A DNA stretch of 63,264 bases, the filler included, from Stramenopiles sp. TOSAG23-2 (taxonomy: Eukaryota), in the NCBI GenBank assembly GCA_900128395.1. It is 28 parts of 28 records of this genome, joined end to end, with 100 filler letters (N's around TTAATTAATTAA, not from the genome) between each part and the next. Parts side by side here need not be neighbours in the genome. Positions count along the whole stretch, not along the records: positions 34,046 to 36,210 come from LT651965.1; positions 36,311 to 38,472 come from LT651966.1; positions 38,573 to 40,734 come from LT651967.1; positions 40,835 to 42,995 come from LT651968.1; positions 43,096 to 45,252 come from LT651969.1; positions 45,353 to 47,506 come from LT651970.1; 22 more parts are not named here. The stretch is one strand, 5' to 3'. The translations under genes were made by a program, and so were the position numbers. Below the pieces are notes generated by a model. The model saw only the letters and a list, made by a program, of their open reading frames with translations, did not search any database and was not told the origin of the DNA. Below are positions 34,092-46,527 of the stretch, piece after piece. The number at the start of each line of letters is the position of its first letter. The stretch's first letter is position 1.

Positions 34092-35516
34092 TCACTTTTT
34101 TTTTCTAATTCCCATTGTTTTTCCTCCCCCCTCGCCCCCATCATCAGTTTCTTCACCTTTTAATTGCTTAAAGATATGTAATTTTTGTGCACCATCTCGT
34201 AATTGACCTTCTCGTATCATTCTATATTTAGCTGGTGGATTCCCTTTCAATACTCTTTTTGCTTCATTGTATAATTTTTGTGCATCATTAAAAAGTTTTT
34301 TCATTGGCATCGGTTTTACTTTTTTTTTTCGTAATTTTAATTTACTAAAAACTTTACCAAAATCCAATGCATTCAATGTAGTAGCAGCATTTGCAGGAGC
34401 TTGAGAGACGCAAACAAAAATGGAAGTATATGCTTCACCAGTCATAGATTGACTAAGCAATAATACAAGATCGAATAAAAAGGCTCGAAAGGAAAATTTT
34501 TTCTTTTTTCGGCGTGCTTCTACCAATGCTCTTATTGCTTGACCAAGCATTGTTAATGAGTAATTGACAATCATTCCTTGAAACGATGCTGCTGTAGCAC
34601 GATAATCTTTATCACCATGTGCATCTTCTAATTTTTCACTACCAGCAAGATCTACAAATTGAAAACGTGAACTCCATACAAGATCTGTTCCTGGATTGTA
34701 ACAATATAAAGTTAAAACAACAAAGCAATGGCTTCGACTACTATATTGATTTAATCCAGTACCTTGTACACAACGATCAGATATTCCAGAAAAAAATCGA
34801 AATAAATCTTGATCGCTTTCTAATATTAATTCTTCCATACCATACATACGATGTGGTTTTGCTACTTTATCAATGCAAACGCCGTATTGCGTTGCTTTTA
34901 CAAGTCCAGCACTATTTTTATCTCCAGTTTTTTTATTCAGCATATCTTGATGTCCCATTATCATTGATAACTCTATGGCATGTGCAGTTAATATATATTT
35001 CTCATTTGTTGTGGAACTTTTTAATTGTTTGTAACGTGCAAAAATATCAAGTGCAGCACGTGGAAACACACCATAATCTTTATGCACAGACATACCATAA
35101 TCTCCACGACCTGCACGTCCCATAATACCTGGTGTACCAAACATCGTATGTGTTTTTCCTGTACCGGTTTGCCCATATGCCATTAAATTAACATTATAAC
35201 CATTCATAAATGCATCAACTCGTTGTGGCAAAAAAAAATTATACAATTTTTCATTATCAGTTTCAGGTGGAATCACATGATCCATATAATTAAATGATTT
35301 TCCATTTACATTTCCCGCGACAATATCAATTCGTCCCCCACCACCATCACTGACTCCTTCGCCAGCTTGATATCGAAGGGCTGCTTCATTATTTTTCAAA
35401 CCAATTCCCGAGTTTTCCACACCACCACCACCAGCGCCAAGTGGTTTTACTCGTATAATTGAAGCATTTTTACTACCTTCATTATTATTGTTATTATTAT
35501 TATTTGATAATTTCAT
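34092..35516 (-). CDS. Divergent kinesin, essentially motor domain only
   Basis: P-loop AYGQTGTGKTHTM, switch I NQYSSRSH, switch II FVDLAGSE, VNYSLTMLG; short basic tail. Confidence 0.92.
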   Translation of the reverse strand: MKLSNNNNNNNNEGSKNASIIRVKPLGAGGGGVENSGIGLKNNEAALRYQAGEGVSDGGGGRIDIVAGNVNGKSFNYMDHVIPPETDNEKLYNFFLPQRVDAFMNGYNVNLMAYGQTGTGKTHTMFGTPGIMGRAGRGDYGMSVHKDYGVFPRAALDIFARYKQLKSSTTNEKYILTAHAIELSMIMGHQDMLNKKTGDKNSAGLVKATQYGVCIDKVAKPHRMYGMEELILESDQDLFRFFSGISDRCVQGTGLNQYSSRSHCFVVLTLYCYNPGTDLVWSSRFQFVDLAGSEKLEDAHGDKDYRATAASFQGMIVNYSLTMLGQAIRALVEARRKKKKFSFRAFLFDLVLLLSQSMTGEAYTSIFVCVSQAPANAATTLNALDFGKVFSKLKLRKKKVKPMPMKKLFNDAQKLYNEAKRVLKGNPPAKYRMIREGQLRDGAQKLHIFKQLKGEETDDGGEGGGKTMGIRKKK

Positions 35517-36844
35517 CTCTTTAACTTTTTTTTGGGGTGATTTATACTNNNNNNNNNNNNNNNNNNNNNNNNNNNNNNNNNNNNNNNNNNNNNNNNNNNN
35601 NNNNNNNNNNNNNNNNNNNNNNNNNNNNNNNNNNNNNNNNNNNNNNNNNNNNNNNNNNNNNNNNNNNNNNNNNNNNNNNNNNNNNNNNNNNNAAGCTTGA
35701 TGTTTAAATTTTTTTGGGGTGATTACGATTATAGTATTTCGTCGTTGTATTGTGTTTTACATTTATTATTATATTAATGCGTAAATTTTTACGTGTATCT
35801 TTTGTTTTTCAATTTGTATGTGTGTGTGAAGGTGTTTATGTGTTGTTTGAATTGTTGCAATTGTTGAAAAAAAAGCAAATTATTATTTTTAACATCATCA
35901 AGCTTCCTCCTTAAATGCATTCAAGTGTATATCCTTAATTGAATATCTCCATTTTTTCCTTATTTGGGGATGATTATTTTCAGCCTTTTTCTTTAGTTTT
36001 TTTTATGGCTTTTTTTGTTGCTCTCTGTCTTGTTGTGCCCAGGATTAAAAAATATTTTATTAATAGCATGTTAATACCACCACCAATCGATGCGCGATGA
36101 TCGATCAAAAAAATAAATAAGAAGTTAAAACAACAAAAATATCGTCGTTTTAAATAATAATTTATAAAAATATTATGACGATGTTGTTTATGAATGCTTT
36201 GGTAAAGAGANNNNNNNNNNNNNNNNNNNNNNNNNNNNNNNNNNNNNNNNNNNNTTAATTAATTAANNNNNNNNNNNNNNNNNNNNNNNNNNNNNNNNNN
36301 NNNNNNNNNNAAAAAATGCGTGTGCGTGTGCGTGCGTGTGGGGGGGGCACCGCCGGTTTTCGTGGATGATCTTTTTTGCAAGTTACTGTACTACACTAAC
36401 ACAGTACACAGCTGATGGACAGACACAGAGTAAGAGGAGGAAAGTTGCGAAGAAAGAACAGGGGTAGAATTGTGCTATAAATTAACAGAATTAATAATAT
36501 AAATAATTTTGACATTTTTTCGTCTTGTTTTGCAACTTTTCAGAAATTAGGGATAGCAGAATTTCAGGCATCAAATTAATACATTATAAAATTTGTACTT
36601 AAATAAATTATTAATTTACGGAAATGACGAAAACAAATTATAAAATTCATAGAAATAATTAAAATTATTAAAATATCCATTTTTAAAAACACAAAATACA
36701 TGTAAAATTATACATCGTCATTATATTTTTAACAATTATTTGCAACATTTCATCATCACATGGTGCCATGTAAAATACAAAATCAAACGAAAAAGCTGAT
36801 TGGTCAACATATGATAATGATGATTTATCAGTTGAATTTATATT

Positions 36845-38472
36845 TTAGATTCCGATGATAGACAGAAACGATTGCATTTTCTGTTCCTTGTTACGTCCAT
36901 TTACTAATGCGGTAATATGAAAGTTACCTAATAACGCTTCAGGTTCTTCACATTGTGGATCTTGTGGACAAGTATCGGCATCGTGAATATCAAATTTAGC
37001 TGCAGGTTGTGATCCAGGTTTGAAATTCGTCCAGGTATTATGAAATCCACCAATTGCAGGGCCTCCAAATGGAGTTAGCGTTTGGATCGCTGCAATTGGT
37101 ACATCATCTGGTGATGCATAGAAATCTGTAATTTCCATTGTAATTACACCAAAGATGGTCTGGTTCCACTGCCAGTGAATAGCTTCATGACCTTTGTAAG
37201 TAACTTTTCCAAGATTTGTCGCGTTTTGATCTAAAAATTGATCACGTCCACCATCCATGCTCTCTTCTGGTGGGATTGGGCAATATTTAACACAGACATC
37301 ATGTGTGCCATTATGTTCAACCTGCATATTTTTACCAGGTGTTTTTCCATCAGTACTAAAAAACCCAACTACGATGCCATTGACCGGGTCTTCCATACGT
37401 TGCCTTTGATGTGTATAATCATAGTAGACCATACCAGATTGGAATTCCGCTTGCACCTGACATTGACCACTTTCACTGGTAGTACAACACATTGCATTGC
37501 CAGCTTTGTTTAAATGGCCGCCTTGATTTACTAATAAAGAATTTGTTGTTTCCGAACTCCAATCATTTGGCCATTTTCCTGACTTCACAATTAACTTTGA
37601 TGGTTGCGAATGCTGTAATTGTTTTTGATATTCTTGAAACATCTTCATTTGGGCACCTGTTAATCTACGACCGTGGTTATTATGCCGTTTTGCCTTGGTG
37701 CTTAAACGTTGTTTTTTATTTACAAATGCATCAATTTCATCTTCAACTGATAATGATTTTTGTTGTTTTCGAACCAAGCGACGACGACGACGGCGGCGAC
37801 GATCATCATCACCACAATTATCGTTTTTCTCGCAACTGCTTAATCCATTGATTTGAAAATCAAACTTGTCCAATCCAGCTTCAAAATTATCAAACTCTTG
37901 AGAACTAGTTCCAAGTGCAGGACCACCGAAAGGTGTTAACTTTTCCTTATTCAAGTATGGAATTGGTTTCTTTGGATCACTTTCATCAACAAACCAATCT
38001 TGAATGTCCATAGTAATAGTTTTGAAAATTTTGTCATACCATTGCCAATGATCATACGACTTCCCTCCAATTTTAACTTTTCCTAGATTTGTTGCAGTTT
38101 TATCAAATTCTAGTGGGTCAAACCAACTTTCATCGAGTGGGCAATATGATGAGCAATCCCATCCTTTGCCAGAGCTAGCAGGGGTAACTAAATATTCTTT
38201 CCCATTCTCGCCTGTTCCATATTTTGATATGATTGTTTGGCCTTCGGCACTTATTGCTGATTGATTGTTTCTTCCATCGGTATATTGTGTACCAAGCTGC
38301 CCCTCAGCTTGAACTTTGCATCCTGGCGATGTTAATGAGCAACATGCTTCCCCCGAGGTGCTATTATATGTACCACCTTGATAAATAGCAACTGTACTTG
38401 CATAATCACTCCACCATTGTGTGGGGAGGAAATGATAGTTTGGGGAGGACACGATAATATATTGTCCAATGT
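36845..38472 (-). CDS. Protein with two tandem ependymin-related (EPDR-like) domains separated by a basic linker (5' truncated)
   Basis: Two homologous units share QGG..CC..C-x-VQAE, C-x-x-YCP, ATNLGKV, HWQW, ITM and LTPFGGPA. GMVYYDYTHQRQR resembles the ependymin motif. The family call is less certain than the duplication. Confidence 0.6.
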
Positions 38473-38572
38473 NNNNNNNNNNNNNNNNNNNNNNNNNNNN
38501 NNNNNNNNNNNNNNNNTTAATTAATTAANNNNNNNNNNNNNNNNNNNNNNNNNNNNNNNNNNNNNNNNNNNN

Positions 38573-40734
38573 ACAGGTCCTTCATCAATAAATTGATCCA
38601 TTAACGATGCTACCGGAGGTAACAACGAACACCACGGGCTCCCTACGCCACTTATGGAACCAAAACTTGCACCTTGATGCATCATCTCTGCTAAATTCAC
38701 ATCAGTCTCTTCATCGTACATGTAATTCAAGCATCCTCTTAAAGGATTGAATTCAACATATGCAAGAAATTCAAAACCATTTTTCCCTACAGTATTTATA
38801 GGACCCCTAGCCGATTCAACAATACGAAAATGACCTGTTGGATCATAAAGCGAAATTTCAGGATCAATCTTGTCGGGGAAGGTATTTGCCACTGTTAGTG
38901 TAAGTACTTTTTCACCAGCGCTTTCAAAATGATGATTTGACGGCATGATTCGCAAATCACCTTTCTTTATGTTATAATTAAATTCCATGATAACCTTTTG
39001 ATGGATGGATGTTTCAATATTAAGTAAATTTCTTTGCTTCCTTTTCACACCTTCACCAAGAGACGGGCTTGTAGTTCGTATTACATACAACGACGTCATC
39101 AATGGTTTGACAATAAGCGCATCTTCAATGTCTGCCTCATTGTGTCTTGCCGTCCTACCAAACGGTAGTCTTTCGTACCATGATAAATTTCGACGTGAAA
39201 ATAAAAACAACGTTTCAGGATTCGATCTTAAAGAACCAATTAAATGATGCAATTCTTCAAAATTCAATCGACGATTGATATCTTTGCTCATGTTCAAGGT
39301 TGCTGGCTGTTCGCACGTCCATGCCCATTCTCCACGAGCTTGTTTACACCTATCGGTCATCATTCTATTAATAGCATGATGCCACCGATCACTCACGCCA
39401 TATTGATTCAGTTCATAAACACGAGCAAATTCGTCTTCTGTACATTGCCAAGCGTTGCATGCAGTACGTATTGCTGAGTCTTTGGCAGCAATTCGGTCAC
39501 TTATTCTCCACCTTTTTTCCTTGTCTTTGACACTCTCTCTATATCTGGTTTTTTTATTGGGTGTTTTTACCCCATATTTCCCATCTGAATATGGCTTTGA
39601 AGATGACACTTCAAGTCCTTCATGATTTAACTCTTCTTTTTTTAACATAGTTGCAATTGACACAGTGTCGTATGATCCAATATATGCTAAATCCATATTC
39701 TCACTGTGCGAAACTATATCATTTACTAGAATGGGTACAGGATTGTAATTGGTCAATTTTAAGAGCGTGAAACGGGATGAATTTTGCGAGAATGTACCTA
39801 AATTTGCTGTAATCCGCTCTTCAACATTTGCATCATCATTATCATTTTGACATCGTTTGAAATTGTCTGCAACATCTTTGAAACAATTTAAGTGTTTGGT
39901 AGTTGCTGAAAACTGCGTATGGCGTCCAAATAAACCATCATCTGCAAGAACGGAGTAAGAAACATTTAGCTGTCCATGATAAACATTGATCGGAATAGAC
40001 AATGTAGAAACATTTGTTTCTAGATGCATCAACGTTGTAAATAGATTTCCGCCAGTTTCATTCGTACGATATTTAATTTTCATTTCTGGGGAATATTTAC
40101 CTGCTTGCCATTTTAAGCCGTTGAACGTTTCCTCATTAATAATTTTAAATTTGTTACTTTCTACATATACACGCTCAACCAGGAGTGGTACTTTAAAATT
40201 GTTCACAAATTTGAATTGATGGGTAATTTCTCTAAACCCAGTATCTTCCTCACAAACACTACCTTTAGTTCCCAAGTCTTCTGCTACCTTTGGATTTGAT
40301 ATGCAGCTTGGATCATATTCTTTACGCCATCCAAGCAACCCAAAATTATTATGGCCACCNNNNNNNNNNNNNNGGTACGGATATTCCACCATGCAAAATT
40401 CTTACTTTATATCCAACTTCCACACGAGCCTGTGCTGGGTTTGTATCATTGGTCATTATAATTACATTTCCAGAATATACGCCTTCCTCCTTCCCTTTAA
40501 TAGATAATGAAACGACATTCGTTATTTCTTTTCCAACTGGTAATACCGAATTTTCAACAAATATTAATTTTGTATTTGATTTTTTCCATCCTCTTGATTG
40601 TTTTTTCCCACTAGATCCACGACGTCCACTACTACTTTTATGGTGAATCGTCGATAAAAACGCACCGACAATTGACACAGGCTCTGCCCCTGTATTCATC
40701 ATGGAAATACTTTTCACTTGAACAGCATTTGGAC
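38573..40734 (-). CDS. TMEM131-like protein, internal fragment spanning a 14-N gap
   Basis: Successive Ig/ASH-like beta segments: YSGNVIIMTND..VEVGYKVRILHGGI, FVNNFKVPLLV, LETNVSTLSIPINVYHGQL, LKLTNYNPVPILV. Confidence 0.7.
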
Positions 40735-41484
40735 NNNNNNNNNNNNNNNNNNNNNNNNNNNNNNNNNNNNNNNNNNNNTTAATTAATTAANNNNNNNNNN
40801 NNNNNNNNNNNNNNNNNNNNNNNNNNNNNNNNNNCCTCCCCTCTGATTAGTGTTAATTTTAGATTTACCAACAGATAAGTGAAAGACGACTCCCTGGTAA
40901 AACTGATGAAGATTTTGCAATTTTAGAATTACTACCATCAGAATGGAGATAAGTGAAAGACAACAGAATGCAGAAGGATGAAGAGTTTTTGGAATTTTAG
41001 ACATTTACCAGTGTATATTAGCAAAAGACGACACCGAAATATACACATCACACAAAAAATAAAAATATTGTTTTCATACCGGAGGATATATATAATACAA
41101 GTACTGATCACATTTTTACCAAAACCAACACTTTGAATGTTTAAAAAAACTTGGACGACAAAGACACTCATTTTTTACAAATCTGGATCATATTTTACCA
41201 AAAGTTACAATTTTAAAACACGTGGATATCTGGCGTAAAGAAATGACGAGTACTTAAAAGTGTTAATTTTAGTGTGCATTGTTTTAAGAACATAACACAC
41301 ACTCTCTTTTTTTGTAAAAAACATTACGTGTGTCGTACATTAATAAAGAGATTCCAACTTTCAGTAATTGATCCTTTCATTAGAGGCCTTGTATATTATC
41401 ATATGGTTCGTAAAATCAAAAAAATATTTTTTATTTTTTTTTTTTACACACCATACGTGCAGACATACTAGTATTAATATATAA

Positions 41485-42995
41485 TCACGAATGAAATTGA
41501 CCTTCCGATGGCATTAACGAACTGTAACTAACAAAACCTTGTCTTGGTGCACCCATTTTGTATAATAAAATATATACCATCACAATCCAACCAAGAACAT
41601 CTAAGAAAATCCAATTTACATTTAAAATTGTCCTTGTATACACATATCTATTCGTATATCGCTTTGTCCCAAATAACAATGTTATATAGAACATTAAATA
41701 AAATCCAAGCATGGTAAATATTCGATATCGTCTTCTACCAAAATATGAAATTGGTGTAATAACACTTGGTGTAGCTCGATAAGGCATATTCATTTCTAAA
41801 CCTTCAGGCAAAATTGTATCTAAATATTTAATAAATGGAAAATGACCACATAAAGCAAATAAAATTGCATAAAAAATTTGTCGCAAACTGCTCATACCAG
41901 TAGTCAAAACGCGAGCAAATAAAATACCATTAAAGATCAACAATAACAAATAGGATACAATAACATTTCGTTCTTGAATAGATTTAAATTTACATCCACC
42001 ACAAATGCGCCATATCAATGATGATAATGAATATGTGTTTGCATGATATAAACTATCATTGAAATTTCTTGCTTTAACAATAAAACGTAAATATGACATT
42101 ATACAAAAAATTCCCATACTATAATCAATACTAATTGAATTACTTCCATAAGTAGTTTCCATAGCACAATTTGAATCTTGAAAAAAATGTTGTGACATTT
42201 TAACAATCATATAAAAGATCCTGCCATTTGTATACAAAATACATACTGCTAATAAATTATACCAATGAATACGTAAACGTTGCAATGCTTTTTCTCTTAA
42301 TTTTTTTAAACGTTTTTTACGTTTTCGCTCTTTACGTCGAGTACGTCGTGCTTGTCTACGTCTTGAATTATCCATAGTAGTACTAGTCGTTAATAAGGTA
42401 ACATCTTCATCTTCTTCATCATCATTCTTTGTATTATCTTCAAAAATACCATTGTCATGGTTCTCCTCCTCTTCCTCTTCTTCTCTTCGCGGTGTTGAAT
42501 CCCATAATGATAATTGTACAGCCAATAATATGGAAAAAACGTAAGTGGATTTACGTAAAAAATCTAAATATGTACGTTGTGTCACATGTTTCTTTTCAAT
42601 ACCTCTATATATCTCTTTAGAATTATCCCAACATAAATCAATCTCAGCAGTTGCTTGAAATATAAAAAATAATAATGTCAATACCATACATATTAATGTC
42701 ATCCAGCCAAAATAATACTTTAATTGTGGGCAACACTTTGTTTTAATAACAAATAAGCTTTGATCTGTATTTCTAAAATTTTCCCCAGGTCTTAATTTAC
42801 GTTTTCTAACTTTTGTTTTAACCATAGTAAACATATGCAATATGAAAAAATATGCAAAAATGGCAAAATACATATAATTACCACGTTGAATTTCTAATTC
42901 TGTTCGTTTATGTGGTTTTCTAGTTGGGTGTAGACGTTTCGTAAGTTTAATGTTTTTAAGAGATTGCCTTTGTCTTAAATGTTTCTTTACTTGAT
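41485..42995 (-). CDS. Multi-pass membrane protein, possibly a degenerate PAP2/FIT-like fold (5' truncated)
   Basis: About 8-9 hydrophobic helices; frame open to the contig edge; C..SNSISID and GMSSLRQIFYA segments. Confidence 0.5.
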
Positions 42996-43452
42996 NNNNN
43001 NNNNNNNNNNNNNNNNNNNNNNNNNNNNNNNNNNNNNNNTTAATTAATTAANNNNNNNNNNNNNNNNNNNNNNNNNNNNNNNNNNNNNNNNNNNNGTCAT
43101 ATATATGTTTTAACATCGTTTTTACAAGATTTGCAAGACGGTTTAAAAGATATGTTTTTGTAAATATCATATATACGCATGATACATCATATATTAAATA
43201 TTTTTAAATATTATCTATATATGAAACGAAGTACCACCATGCGGTCCAAAGATGAATATGCCCGGGAGAAACACAAAAATACAGAGTGTGTCCACGCACA
43301 CTATTTGTAAGAAAATATAGAAAATAATCTAGATGTATATATGTATATATATGATGATGCATATGTAATTATATGTGTGGTATATATATTCTATTTTCTT
43401 ACACCGCTAAAATAACTTTTTTTTTTTTCGTAATTTTTTTACACCCACACTG

Positions 43453-43623
43453 TGGCACACACAACCAAAACCGCTTTCTCCACAGCGACAATATAAGTAT
43501 CTCATAATGTTGTGCACCCTTTTTAAAATCACATTATATGGCACACACAACCAAAACCGCTTTCTCCACAGCGACAATATAAATATCTCCTATGTTGTAC
43601 ACCCTTTTTAAAATCACATTATA
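43453..43623. repeat. Imperfect ~86-bp tandem duplication just downstream of the MORN gene
   Basis: tggcacacacaaccaaaaccgctttctccacagcgacaatataa at 43453 and 43539. Confidence 0.9.
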
Positions 43624-43628
43624 CCACC

Positions 43629-44348
43629 CTATGACTGAGTCAAATCAATAGCATTAACACTTGCTTTAGTTAAACTTCCAGATACCCATGTTGATGAAGG
43701 AGCACCACCTTCTTCACCTTCATCTTCACCTTTACTTTCCGTTGAATAAGTACCATCCATTTGATTTCCACTCTTTGCGAAATAATATATACCGTTGCCT
43801 ACAGGCAAATTATTGTCAAATGAACTGTGATAACTAGTATTGTCTTTATGTACCCATTTTCCTTTAACATATTTATTATCTTTCCATTCTCCAACAAGTT
43901 GACTTTTGTTTGATGCGTAATAATAACTACCAGCTCCGTTTTTTTTATCCTCGACCCATGCACCATTGTAAATATCGCCATTTGCGTATTCATATGATCC
44001 ATTACCATGTTTCTTGTCATTCTCCCAACTACCATTGTATTTGCCACCGTCTGGATATGTCATTGTACCCATACCATGTTTTTTACCTAAGCGAAAGTCA
44101 CCATCATATACGGAAGTTGTTGGCTTTGCTTCTTCATCCTCTTCATTTCCTTTACGGATGTACGTATATCTACCACGTCCATGACGTTGTTTCAATTCAT
44201 TGTAATCGCCGCAGTACGTATCACCATTTGCATATTTTACATCTGCTTTACCAGCTTTTGAGATCCAACCAATAGGTTCTTCTGTTTTACCTGCACCTAA
44301 ATATTCAACTGAATATGTTGGTGCTGCAGTTTCTTCTTCATCAGCCAT
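43629..44348 (-). CDS. RSPH1: MORN-repeat protein, radial spoke head 1-like
   Basis: Consecutive MORN repeats (YCGDYNELKQRHGRGRYTY, YDGDFRLGKKHGMGTMTYPDG, YNGSWENDKKHGNGSYEYANG...), GNQMDGTY and an acidic EEGEE segment; 239 aa. Confidence 0.75.
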   Translation of the reverse strand: MADEEETAAPTYSVEYLGAGKTEEPIGWISKAGKADVKYANGDTYCGDYNELKQRHGRGRYTYIRKGNEEDEEAKPTTSVYDGDFRLGKKHGMGTMTYPDGGKYNGSWENDKKHGNGSYEYANGDIYNGAWVEDKKNGAGSYYYASNKSQLVGEWKDNKYVKGKWVHKDNTSYHSSFDNNLPVGNGIYYFAKSGNQMDGTYSTESKGEDEGEEGGAPSSTWVSGSLTKASVNAIDLTQS

Positions 44349-44450
44349 TTTTAATTATTTTTTAATTATATTTGCGTATATGTGTGTGTGTTTACAATTA
44401 ATTCCAACTTTGATCTTTCTTTTTTTAAAGTTTGTATATAAATACTACGT

Positions 44451-44703
44451 AATGTTTATAAAAATATTGCGATGTTATAAACAATGCATATGTTGTATAT
44501 ATATATAACTCTGTGTTTCTTTTATTTTATATGTATATATTATTATTATTATTGATTGTTGTTATTATTCGTGCGTCGTCGTTTAACGTTTTTCAAATGT
44601 TTATAAAAATATTGCGATGTTATAAACAATGCATATGTTGTATATATATACAACTCTGTGTTTATTTTATTTTATATGTATATGTATATATATATTATTA
44701 TTA
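44451..44703. repeat. Imperfect ~145-bp tandem duplication upstream of the MORN gene
   Basis: aatgtttataaaaatattgcgatgttataaacaatgcatatgttg at 44451 and 44596. Confidence 0.85.
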
Positions 44704-45536
44704 GTTTGCTATTAATACTATTATTATTATTATTATAGTGCTATTTACTGCATAACTCAAGCACAGCCAAAACTGTCACTCGCCATTTTTTATAAAAACG
44801 GATTAGTTTCCAAAAAAATTCCAAACCAAGAACAAAAAAGAAACTGTATACTACCAAGTATAAAATAACAACTGTGTGCGAATTGTAAAAAAATGGGGTG
44901 GGCAAAAATTAGATTTTTACACCAGTCTTTTTCGACAAAAATTACAATATTAAACAAGTATTTTACTACTACCATTAAATGGATAAATTTTTCTACTATG
45001 TCATCAAAAACGTCAATTCGGGAGATGTTAAAAAGAGAAGAAGATGAAAAACGTTAAACGACGACGCATGATGAAGAATAAACAATAATAACAATAGTGC
45101 AATAAATAATTACACAATAACTATATTATATATATATCAATTACAAAAACATAACAAACAAGCATCATTATCACATTTTACAAAAGAAAAAGAAACATTT
45201 TAAAAACAATTCCAAACAACGATTCTATTTTTTGTTTCAACATGGAATCAAANNNNNNNNNNNNNNNNNNNNNNNNNNNNNNNNNNNNNNNNNNNNTTAA
45301 TTAATTAANNNNNNNNNNNNNNNNNNNNNNNNNNNNNNNNNNNNNNNNNNNNTTTACACCACCATTAATTTCCGTCAATATTGCTTCCATATGTACCTTT
45401 GCAGATTCTTCACTGCGTTTATCTAATTTTCCTGACATTTTATTTGAATTTTTATTTATACAAATACTATATACGATACGATATACGCGTCAACTATAGT
45501 CAATGTGATGATTATCTTTGTATACAATTGTTCTTC

Positions 45537-45988
45537 TCTTTCCCCAATCAATATTGATATATTGTAAATGGTATAAATTTATTTCTTAATATTGTTACTT
45601 ACACTGTATTTATAATAATTTAAATTATTAGTAGTTGTTTTTTGTTGTGCTGTACTGTACCGGTGTACTTACTGTATTTATGTTGCACATTGGCACAGCA
45701 CCACATTATTATTTGGATTGCCAGATTTAAGGTTTAAGGTGTTAGATATTTTTGATAGACAAAGTTGTGAATCTTTCCCCAATCAATATTGATATATTGT
45801 AAATGGTATAAATTTATTTCTTAATATATTGTTATTTATAATTTAAAATTAGTTGTTTGTTGTGCTGTTGTGCTGTATGTAGTACAGTATTGCACTATTT
45901 ATGTTGCACATTGGCACAGCGGCACAGCACCACGATTGCCAGATTTAAGGTTTAAGGTGTTAGATATTTTTGATAGACAAAGTTGTGA
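45537..45988. repeat. Imperfect tandem duplication (45537-45770 and 45772-45988)
   Basis: Both copies start tctttccccaatcaatattgatatattg and end gatagacaaagttgtga, with internal indels. Confidence 0.85.
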
Positions 45989-46347
45989 GTTTTTACTCTA
46001 CTAACTTAGTACATGATCGCCATCTACATCAAATTTTGCTATAATTATAAGAAATTGATGAATTTTGGATGATGATTATAGCACTATTGATGATGATTTT
46101 TTTATTTTTTTAAAAAAAATTCAAAAAAAAATCAAAAAAATTGAAATACTACATATATTTTATATATTCAACAAAAGAGTAAGAAATCAAAGTAAAAGTA
46201 TAGATACGTACAGAGCGTATATATAACAGATATATATATATATATAATATAACGTGAAAAGGAACATATTAATATACATATCATTTGTAACAGATATATA
46301 TATATATATATATTTACATACATTTAAGAAAATTAAGAAATAGGAAT

Positions 46348-46527
46348 AATAATATACATTATTATGGATTTTGACTTTGACGAAACAGATTTAAATGCTA
46401 TTGATGATAATAATAATCGTCGTAAAACACCATCTAGAATAATATACATTATTATGGATTTTGACTTTGACGAAACAGATTTAAATGCTATTGATGATAA
46501 TAATAATCGTCGTAAAACACCATCTAG
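46348..46527. repeat. Exact 90-bp tandem duplication covering the Sld5 start codon
   Basis: MDFDFDETDLNAIDDNNNRRKTPSR is encoded twice, together with upstream UTR bases. Confidence 0.92.
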
